From an archaeon (GTDB lineage: Archaea > EX4484-52 > B79-G9), in assembly GCA_043813875.1 (NCBI GenBank), contig JBDRKP010000066.1, forward strand, positions 1-11,786: a stretch of DNA of 11,786 nucleotides, read 5' to 3'. Below are positions 1-6,854 of the stretch, in pieces. The notes under the pieces were generated by a model. It searched no databases. It saw only the letters and a program-made list of their open reading frames with translations, and was not told where the DNA came from. Every line of letters begins with the position of its first letter. Position 1 is the first letter of the stretch. Both the position numbers and the translations under genes were made by a program.

Positions 1-177
1 GTGCCAAAAGAGATGATCAAAGAAATAAAAGAGACATCAGACATAACCATGATCGTAGAGACGCACGGCGCATCAAAAGAGCACATAAGATCAATAGTAG
101 ATGCCGGCGCAAAGATAATCGTGACCGAATACAGGGACGACCTGAAAGACATCATAGCATCCATAAAAGCGAGATAA
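1..177 (+). CDS. 3' end (partial) of a divergent GGGPS/PcrB-like TIM-barrel protein
   Basis: Not in the ORF track. Frame 1 reads VPKEMIKEIKETSDITMIVETHGASKEHIRSIVDAGAKIIVTEYRDDLKDIIASIKAR* (TAA 175-177). It aligns by eye with the C-terminus of the neighbouring GGGPS (VPVDIISAIRKSVDINIVIAGGVKTPSMARDLVKAGANCIHVGT) but lacks the GGG and GT phosphate-binding motifs. Confidence 0.6.
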   Translation: MPKEMIKEIKETSDITMIVETHGASKEHIRSIVDAGAKIIVTEYRDDLKDIIASIKAR

Positions 178-307
178 CCGTCAGACCCCAAAGAACATTC
201 CAATTCTAGCGATACTAGTCACATTAACCGCAATAGCACATAGATACAGATTTATAGACATGCTATAGTCAGAACATTATTAAAACTACTAAAAAATAAC
301 AACACAT

Positions 308-1213
308 ATGTACAAAATGCTGGATACAGATATACGCACACACTACGAACATGAGATAAAAACAGCCAGAGAGATATATCCTAACAACCTCCCCCCCATA
401 TTTAGTTTAATCGAAAAAGAGAGCAACCCGATTGATTTCAAAGAAGAGCTTCTTGCAATAACCCAGCTTTATCTTGACGGGATTGTGTCTTCATCCGGAA
501 AGACAATCGAAGAATCTGTTTGCAAAAACACCTCAGATCTAAACCATGTAGAAGAAACCTGGTACATGCAAAGAGATGTTTTGAATAGTCTGGTCTCAGC
601 AGGCAAAAAAGCGATTGGCTCTTTTTATGAAGGAAACAGCATTGACATTGATGTTATAAAAGAAATATTCATGCCATACAAAGCGGAAATCTTGAAGGAC
701 AGCGAACACGAAAGGTCAAAAGAAAGACGTCTGCAAGGTGTGATTGCACCAATCCATACATTAGGTTCAAGACTACAGCAAAGATTGGGTACTGACATTG
801 AAACGCCGGATACGATAATCTGTATATCTTCAGGAGGATTTGAACTCTCTTATTTGGCTATGAATATCACAGGAACAGACAGACTCATAACAGTCAGATA
901 CTCCAGATATGCCAAAGGCGACACAAAAGTAAGAATCCCGAAAAATGCGCCATGCCAATATCTTGACACTGAAATAAAAAACAAGCGCATCATGGTAGTC
1001 GATGACTGGATATCTTCAGGCAACAGTCTATCGCATGTTATGCAGTACATACTAAAATCGCAACCACTCGAATTATACGCTGTGACAGCCACAAGTAACG
1101 GATATCTTTCAAATCCCAACATCAAAATACGAGAAGGTCATCCACTAATCTATGAATATATACCAATGAACCAACCAGAACAACAGATATTAATTAGGAC
1201 TTCAGATGAATAG
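308..1213 (+). CDS. Type I phosphoribosyltransferase-domain protein with a long unknown N-terminal region
   Basis: PRPP-binding loop IMVVDDWISSGNSL and an upstream IICISSGG strand-loop. A TATA-like TTATTAAA lies at 277-284. More AT-rich than its neighbours. Confidence 0.75.
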   Translation: MYKMLDTDIRTHYEHEIKTAREIYPNNLPPIFSLIEKESNPIDFKEELLAITQLYLDGIVSSSGKTIEESVCKNTSDLNHVEETWYMQRDVLNSLVSAGKKAIGSFYEGNSIDIDVIKEIFMPYKAEILKDSEHERSKERRLQGVIAPIHTLGSRLQQRLGTDIETPDTIICISSGGFELSYLAMNITGTDRLITVRYSRYAKGDTKVRIPKNAPCQYLDTEIKNKRIMVVDDWISSGNSLSHVMQYILKSQPLELYAVTATSNGYLSNPNIKIREGHPLIYEYIPMNQPEQQILIRTSDE

Positions 1214-1955
1214 CCTTCGCAAACATCTTGATCCTCTCAAGCGGATTACTGGAATCCTCGATCTTTGTCCCCACATGTATGCAGTTCGCGCCCGCTTTCA
1301 CAAGATCCCGCGCCATCGAAGGCGTCTTCACGCCGCCGGCAATCACTATATTGATATCAACACTCTTTCTTATAGCAGATATGATATCCACCGGCACAGG
1401 CTCCGGCGCCCCGGACCCGGACTCAAGTATCACGAACCTCATACCCATATACTCGGCAGCCATCGAATAGATGACCCCGAGATCCGGCTTGCTCTTCGGA
1501 AGAAGCCTCGACTCCCCCACCCAGCCCACAGTCTGTCCCGGCTCAAAGACAAGATAAGCAGTAGGTATCGGCTCGACATTATACTTCTTGATAGTCGGCG
1601 CCCCAAGAATCTGCGCACCTGTTATCCAGTACGGGTTCTTCGAATTCAGCAGGCTCATGAAATAGATGGAATCAGCAAACCGCGTAACAGTCCCGATATT
1701 CCCCGGGAAGAGGTGAAGCGGGACATCGATACTCTCCTTTATCTCTCTGGCCACATCATCAAGGAACTGCCCCTGCGCCCCGACCGACCCGCCGAGCATG
1801 ACGACATCAGCTCCGCCCTCATTAAGGTTTTTCGCAAGCTTGATAGCGCTCTCTGGCGTATGCTTGAAAGGATCAGGATCAATCAGCCCCATGAACACGC
1901 CGGAACCGCTTTCGATGATATCATTGATATGCTTCTCAGTTTTGCCGATCTTCAT
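1194..1955 (-). CDS. Geranylgeranylglyceryl phosphate synthase (GGGPS, group II type)
   Basis: Motifs LIDPD, GGS, LFPGN, ADSIYFMSLLNSKNPYWITGAQ, AYLVFEPG, TVGWVG, AAEYMG, LESGSGA and GA..IHVGT; 253 aa. Confidence 0.95.
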   Translation of the reverse strand: MKIGKTEKHINDIIESGSGVFMGLIDPDPFKHTPESAIKLAKNLNEGGADVVMLGGSVGAQGQFLDDVAREIKESIDVPLHLFPGNIGTVTRFADSIYFMSLLNSKNPYWITGAQILGAPTIKKYNVEPIPTAYLVFEPGQTVGWVGESRLLPKSKPDLGVIYSMAAEYMGMRFVILESGSGAPEPVPVDIISAIRKSVDINIVIAGGVKTPSMARDLVKAGANCIHVGTKIEDSSNPLERIKMFAKAIHLKS

Positions 1956-1976
1956 ACCATCTATTGTTGATACAAA

Positions 1977-1988
1977 ATATTTAAATAT
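1977..1988. promoter_or_regulatory. Palindromic TATA box of the divergent GGGPS/DGGGPS promoter
   Basis: ATATTTAAATAT is a perfect 12-bp palindrome that gives TTTAAATA on both strands. Its centre is about 27 nt from the GGGPS ATG (1955) and about 25 nt from the DGGGPS ATG (2007). Confidence 0.7.
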
Positions 1989-2006
1989 ATTAATGAAATA
2001 GAATGT

Positions 2007-2828
2007 ATGAATCCTTATTGGGACATAATAAGGCCCAACGTATGCTTTCTTGCCGCATTAGGCGTCTTCGTCGGCGCCATAGTATCAGGCGCGACAGGCA
2101 TAATCCCGCTCAGCATAGCGGTCCTTGCAGCATTTCTCATATGCGCAGGCGGAAACGTCATAAACGACTACTACGACTACGAGATAGACTTGATCAACAA
2201 ACCAAAACGCCCCCTGCCCTCAGGTAAAATGACGCGGGACAAAGCATTCGCATATTACTTCATACTGAGCGCAGCAGGCATCGCCCTTTCATTGCTCGTA
2301 AGCTCCGCCTTCTTCACGCTCGCCATCCTCAACTACCTCATCTCAACGCTCTACGCATGGAAACTGAAAAAAATAGCGATAATCGGCAACATCACAGATG
2401 CATTCCTTGGCGGCGTCACATTCCTTGCAGGAGGACTCATCAAAGGCACCGTCATAAGCCTCTTAGGCTCGCCGGTCCTCATCCTCGCGCTCATCGCATT
2501 CATGACAACCATGGGCCGCGAGATCTTCAAAGACATAGAAGACATAATTGGTGACAATGCCCTCGGCGCAAGAACCCTCCCCATAATCGCCGGCACGAAA
2601 ATATCAACAGCACTCGCCCGGATGTTTGTAGCCATAAGCGCGATAAGCGCCATACTGCCCTACAGGTACCATATGTTCGACAGCTACTATATGATAGCAG
2701 TCATCCCCTGCATGATGATGCTCCTGTATTCAGCGACAGTAAAGGACCCCAAAACTGCCCAGAAGACCGTAAAAAAAGGCATGTTTCTCGGCATATTCGC
2801 ATTCTTAGTCGGCGCATTCACAATCTAG
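2007..2828 (+). CDS. Digeranylgeranylglyceryl phosphate synthase (DGGGPS, UbiA prenyltransferase family)
   Basis: Asp-rich motifs GNVINDYYDYEIDLINKPKRPLPSG and GREIFKDIEDIIGD..GARTLPI; many hydrophobic helices; adjacent to GGGPS. Confidence 0.92.
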   Translation: MNPYWDIIRPNVCFLAALGVFVGAIVSGATGIIPLSIAVLAAFLICAGGNVINDYYDYEIDLINKPKRPLPSGKMTRDKAFAYYFILSAAGIALSLLVSSAFFTLAILNYLISTLYAWKLKKIAIIGNITDAFLGGVTFLAGGLIKGTVISLLGSPVLILALIAFMTTMGREIFKDIEDIIGDNALGARTLPIIAGTKISTALARMFVAISAISAILPYRYHMFDSYYMIAVIPCMMMLLYSATVKDPKTAQKTVKKGMFLGIFAFLVGAFTI

Positions 2829-2840
2829 AGATATGATACC

Positions 2841-3791
2841 ATGAAGATACTCATAACAGGCGGGACAGGATTCCTCGGGGCTCGCCTCACAAAAAAACTG
2901 ATAAAAGAAGGCCACGACGTGACAATCTACTCCCGCAACGGCTCTGAAGAGACAAAGAAATCCGGCGCAAAAGAGATTATAGGAGACGCCTGCGACAAAG
3001 AGACAATAGACAACGCGCTAAAAAAAATCGACATCGTATACCACTTAGCCGCAAACCTCGACGAAAGCGACCCGGACATGGAAAAGACAAACATCAGATC
3101 AACAGGAAACATGATCGAAGCCTGCAAAAAAAACAAGATCAAGCGCCTCATATTCACAAGCTCTATCGGCGTCCTCGGATACACAAAAGAGCCCGCAAAA
3201 GAAGACATGCCCTGCAACCCCACGACGCGCTACGAAAAAAGCAAGATGGAATGCGAGAGGCTGATAAAAGGATCAGGAATCCCATACACAATCGCAAGGA
3301 TAACGATAATCTACGGCCAAAACAGGTTCTGGCGCCAGATATTCAGGGCAGCAAAAAAAGGATACCCCGTCATCGGCAGAGGCGACAACTACTGGCACCT
3401 CGTCTACGTCGACGACGTCGTAGACGCCCTCATCCTCATGCTAAAAGATGAAGCAAAAAACAAAATCTACCACATAGCAGACAATGACCCGCACACGTAT
3501 CTTGACACCTACAGGATCATCTGCAAGACCCTCGGCCTCCCTGAACCGAAAAAACACGTCCCCGTCCTTCTCGTAAAAACAGTAGCATTCATCCACGAGA
3601 CAAAATGTAAACTCACAGGCAAAAAGCCGAACGTAACAAAAATGCGCTCAAGCATCGACCGCCTGATAAGAAACAGGATAGTAAGCATAAGAAAAGCAAA
3701 AAAAGAACTTGGCTACAGCCCGAAATACGACCTCAAGACCGGCCTGAAAAAGACATACGAAGACATGAAATCACATAAAGACACATCATAG
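2841..3791 (+). CDS. NAD(P)-dependent epimerase/dehydratase (extended SDR)
   Basis: ITGGTGFLG Rossmann motif, YHLAA, FTSS, catalytic YEKSK and LVYVDDV; starts 12 nt after the DGGGPS stop. Confidence 0.9.
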   Translation: MKILITGGTGFLGARLTKKLIKEGHDVTIYSRNGSEETKKSGAKEIIGDACDKETIDNALKKIDIVYHLAANLDESDPDMEKTNIRSTGNMIEACKKNKIKRLIFTSSIGVLGYTKEPAKEDMPCNPTTRYEKSKMECERLIKGSGIPYTIARITIIYGQNRFWRQIFRAAKKGYPVIGRGDNYWHLVYVDDVVDALILMLKDEAKNKIYHIADNDPHTYLDTYRIICKTLGLPEPKKHVPVLLVKTVAFIHETKCKLTGKKPNVTKMRSSIDRLIRNRIVSIRKAKKELGYSPKYDLKTGLKKTYEDMKSHKDTS

Positions 3792-3807
3792 GATAAAACA
3801 ATACTCA

Positions 3808-3815
3808 TTTAAAAC
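3808..3815 (+). promoter_or_regulatory. Putative TATA box of the DUF116 pair
   Basis: TTTAAAAC centred about 25 nt upstream of ATG 3837. Confidence 0.45.
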
Positions 3816-3836
3816 TCAGCAAAAAATAGATTCTCT

Positions 3837-4469
3837 ATGATCATCCCTTATGAACTGATAGGCCAGATTGCAGTTTACGGATTCATCATCACATTATTCA
3901 TATTGCTGATAGCCATCGGCCTAGGCGCATATTCCCTAAAAAAAAGAAAGATACTGTTCCCTAATTTCATCCTGTTCATCCTCGACCTGTTCTACTCCCC
4001 AGCAAAATGGATCTGCAGGACATTCTCCATCAGAAACACGCTCGTCGATGAGATAATGATCGAGATAAGAAACGCTGTCCTGATAGACAAATTCAAAAGC
4101 ATAAAAGAGGATAAGATATTCATAGGCCCGCAATGCATGCGCCACGCGAAATGCAAGGCGCGCTGCGACCCGAAAATAGGCTACATCTGCACAGGCTGCG
4201 GCAGATGCGACTATGCGCGGCTGAAAAAAGAATGCGAAAGATACGGCTACAAGATGTTCATAGTGCCCGGCGACAGCTTTGTCAGAAAAATCATAACGAT
4301 GCACAAGCCGAAAGCAGCGCTTGCGATAGCATGCTTTGAGGAACTGAACGAATCCATGTGCGCACTAGCGCACGTTCTGCCCGGCCAGGGTGTACCGTTA
4401 CTAAGAGACGGCTGCTTCAACACGGCAGTGAACGTCGATGATGTAGTCGAGAAGATGAGGTTATCCTGA
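3837..4469 (+). CDS. DUF116 family protein, copy 1 (N-terminal TM helix, Cys-rich, probably metal/Fe-S binding)
   Basis: PQCMRHAKC...CTGCGRC, IVPGDS, AIACFEEL and GVPLLRDGCFNT match the DUF116 pattern; hydrophobic N-terminus. Confidence 0.88.
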   Translation: MIIPYELIGQIAVYGFIITLFILLIAIGLGAYSLKKRKILFPNFILFILDLFYSPAKWICRTFSIRNTLVDEIMIEIRNAVLIDKFKSIKEDKIFIGPQCMRHAKCKARCDPKIGYICTGCGRCDYARLKKECERYGYKMFIVPGDSFVRKIITMHKPKAALAIACFEELNESMCALAHVLPGQGVPLLRDGCFNTAVNVDDVVEKMRLS

Positions 4470-5092
4470 TGTATGACCTTATAGGAAAACTGATTGTGAA
4501 CGGCCTATGGATAGCGATTGCTCTAATCATGATCTCCCTCTTTTTCGGATATGTCGCGCTAAAAAGAAAGATAATACTATACCCGCTTTTTGCAAACATC
4601 CTTGACTTCTTCTACATGCCATTGAGGACAATCTACATATATCTCGACAAACGAAAAGAACTAGACTCGATTATGGTAGAGTTGAAAAACAAGGCAAATG
4701 AAGACAAATATAAGAAATCGAAAAAAAGAATACTTCTCGCGCCCCACTGCCTGAGATCGCTCGACTGCCCGGCGCCCAGCACAAGAAAAGGCATACAATG
4801 CAAGTCCTGCGGCAGATGCCCTTACGCAGAGATAAAAAAAGAAGCAGATAAGCTTGGAATGAAATTATACATACTGGCCGGCTCATCAGCTGTCAAGCAC
4901 ATCGCCGACACAGAAAAGTTTGAAGGCGCCCTCCTCCTCGCATGCAACTACGAGCTCAACAAGGTCATGCGCTACCTAGCGCCATACAACATCGTCCCGT
5001 ACGGCGTCCCCCTCACAAAAGACGGCTGCTTCGACACGAAAGCCAATCTGGAAAGACTTTATGGCGCAATGAGGATGGGGCGACACGAATAA
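4469..5092 (+). CDS. DUF116 family protein, copy 2
   Basis: PHCLRSLDC...CKSCGRC, ILAGSS, LACNYEL and GVPLTKDGCFDT; TGATG stop/start overlap with copy 1 at 4467-4471. Confidence 0.88.
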   Translation: MYDLIGKLIVNGLWIAIALIMISLFFGYVALKRKIILYPLFANILDFFYMPLRTIYIYLDKRKELDSIMVELKNKANEDKYKKSKKRILLAPHCLRSLDCPAPSTRKGIQCKSCGRCPYAEIKKEADKLGMKLYILAGSSAVKHIADTEKFEGALLLACNYELNKVMRYLAPYNIVPYGVPLTKDGCFDTKANLERLYGAMRMGRHE

Positions 5093-5185
5093 TTTCAAGT
5101 AGATATTTATGCAATATTATTAAGAAATAGGAATGAAATGAATCTCTATTAAAGACATCCGATTAATCCTTTTCATGACCCAACA

Positions 5186-6067
5186 TTAAATTAATTTCAT
5201 TATCAAAAACGGCGCTCGAATCAATTTTAATAGGTTTTGAATAGCACCCGCAAGACATCCGCAATTAGAACAATCCGCATTAGAATTAAAGCATCTTCTT
5301 CGATTCCATAAAACATCATAATGTAATACTTCATCACCCCAATAACAAAAGCCAACATGATTGGGAAATTCATACCACGCGATCATAGGTTTAGTCAAAA
5401 GAAAATGATTTGGATATAATGATTTAACTCGTCTTAATTCATCTATGATTAATTTTCTCTCCTCTTTTGTAATAAAGAAGCCACCTTTTTTACCAACCGT
5501 AGGTGTATATATATTGCACACAACACCACGAAAACTATTTTCCTTCGCTATCTTGACAATATCCTCAAGTTCTTTGTAGTTATCCTTCTTTATTGTCATA
5601 TTGATAATAACACGTTTGTCTCCAGAATAATTTTTAATTAGTTTAGAAAAGACACCATTCCCCCTAATAGAATCATTTCTCTCTTCCTTGCCATCAACAG
5701 AAACAAATAATACATGATCAAATTCTTTAGGTATCTTCAATGTCCCATTTGTGATAACATGAATAACTGGAAACATCTTATCTGCAAGCATAAGAACATC
5801 ATATCGAAGCGCAGGCTCTCCGCCGACAAGAAGAATGAATCTGATCCCTGCTTTATGAAGTTCAGTAAACCTTTTTCTCCAGACATCCAAAGGTAATTCC
5901 TTTACCTCAAATTCATCTTTACCATTAAAATGATAACAATGCTTACATCTAAGATTACAGTTATCTGTGACATCAACTTCTGCTAAATACTTCACCCCAA
6001 AAATGATTCTTTTCAATTCAAGATAAATAATGTAAAACAGCATACAAGCTTTTTTCAGAATATTCAT
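5186..6067 (-). CDS. Radical SAM protein with a C-terminal Cys cluster (SPASM/twitch-like)
   Basis: CNLRCKHCY (CxxxCxxC), GGEP, ITNG and VSVDG, plus C-terminal C..RRCF...DCSNCGC; markedly AT-rich. Confidence 0.9.
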   Translation of the reverse strand: MNILKKACMLFYIIYLELKRIIFGVKYLAEVDVTDNCNLRCKHCYHFNGKDEFEVKELPLDVWRKRFTELHKAGIRFILLVGGEPALRYDVLMLADKMFPVIHVITNGTLKIPKEFDHVLFVSVDGKEERNDSIRGNGVFSKLIKNYSGDKRVIINMTIKKDNYKELEDIVKIAKENSFRGVVCNIYTPTVGKKGGFFITKEERKLIIDELRRVKSLYPNHFLLTKPMIAWYEFPNHVGFCYWGDEVLHYDVLWNRRRCFNSNADCSNCGCLAGAIQNLLKLIRAPFLIMKLI

Positions 6068-6101
6068 ATTATATTACACCAGACACATTCTTTCAGATAG
6101 T

Positions 6102-6176
6102 TCATAATGATTCCGCCCAAAGTCCCGCAGGACCAGCCCCCACAATCACAACATCATGCTTCTCCATCAACATCAT
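6102..6176 (-). pseudogene. N-terminal remnant of an FAD-dependent oxidoreductase (geranylgeranyl reductase-like GxGxxG start)
   Basis: The minus strand reads MMLMEKHDVVIVGAGPAGLWAESL* (likely start ATG 6167). This is a typical dinucleotide-binding beta-alpha start that stops abruptly where the sequence turns AT-rich. Confidence 0.8.
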
Positions 6177-6186
6177 TTAACAACCA

Positions 6187-6196
6187 ATATTTATAT
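6187..6196. promoter_or_regulatory. Bidirectional TATA box between the oxidoreductase remnant and the PUA gene
   Basis: ATATTTATAT reads TTTATA on + and TATAAATA on -; it is about 25-26 nt from both ATG 6167 (-) and ATG 6218 (+). Confidence 0.6.
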
Positions 6197-6217
6197 TTCT
6201 GAATCCAATGATATGAC

Positions 6218-6682
6218 ATGAAGCGCTACTTCCTCTCAAAAAAAGACATAAAGGACATAAACAGCAAATACCCTCAGGCGGACCTCAAAAAAACCGACAA
6301 GGTAGAATACATAAAACAAGACGGCCTTGAACTCATCCAGATAAACGACGCCCCAGGCTTCTTCTACAAATACAAAAAGCTATACCCCTCACTAAGATTC
6401 ATCCACGGCAAAGAACAGGGATTCAAAAAGATCACAGTAGACATGGGCGCAGTAAAATTCGTCTGCTCCGGCGCCGACGTGATGCGCCCCGGCATTAAAG
6501 AGATAGACGACAACATAGAAAAAGGCGACACAGTAATAATAGTCGACGAAAAGAACAAAAAAGCCCTCGCAGTAGGCATAGCACTTGACAGCGCACAAAC
6601 CCTGGAAAACACAAAGACCGGCAAATCAGTAAAAAACATCCACTACGCAGGCGACAGGATCTGGAACTTCAAGCTAGAATGA
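6218..6682 (+). CDS. PUA-domain RNA-binding protein (DUF1947/Tma20/MCTS1-like)
   Basis: LSKKDIK N-terminus, YPSL, ITVDMGAVKFVCSGADVMRPGI, ALAVG and GKSVKNIHYAGDRIW; 154 aa. Confidence 0.92.
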   Translation: MKRYFLSKKDIKDINSKYPQADLKKTDKVEYIKQDGLELIQINDAPGFFYKYKKLYPSLRFIHGKEQGFKKITVDMGAVKFVCSGADVMRPGIKEIDDNIEKGDTVIIVDEKNKKALAVGIALDSAQTLENTKTGKSVKNIHYAGDRIWNFKLE

Positions 6683-6683
6683 C

Positions 6684-6742
6684 ATCCGGAATATAATCCG
6701 TAAAAACAATCATTTATCCGGAATACAATCCGTAAATAATCA
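6684..6742. repeat. Two-copy direct repeat of a 21-bp unit with a palindromic core
   Basis: ATCCGGAATATAATCCGTAAA (6684-6704) and ATCCGGAATACAATCCGTAAA (6716-6736): one mismatch, 32-bp period, each followed shortly by AATCA. Confidence 0.85.
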
Positions 6743-6821
6743 ATCCAATCCAAAAAACCAGAACTACAGGAGATAACAGCTCATCCCACCAAAACAGACC
6801 ACAACCAACCCCACGCATAAC

Positions 6822-6829
6822 TTTATAGG
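6822..6829 (+). promoter_or_regulatory. Putative TATA box of the CDF gene
   Basis: TTTATAGG about 29 nt upstream of ATG 6855. Confidence 0.5.
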
Positions 6830-6854
6830 TCTTTTCAGACAAAATAAGCAACTG

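Noticed and set aside
1206..1970. 254-aa + strand ORF
   Set aside because: Antisense shadow of GGGPS with Arg/His/Pro-rich composition and no motifs.
5093..5185. C-terminal remainder of the truncated oxidoreductase, or IS ends and target-site duplications around the AT-rich genes
   Set aside because: Only short motif-less frames were found, and no terminal inverted repeats, duplications or transposase were visible by eye.
5186..6067. Radical SAM protein as tetraether synthase (Tes) or ring synthase (Grs)
   Set aside because: At 293 aa it lacks the extra N-terminal metal domain of Tes and the B12-binding domain of Grs, so its function is left unassigned.
6684..6742. Mini CRISPR array
   Set aside because: Only two 21-bp copies with an 11-bp gap and no cas genes in the window.
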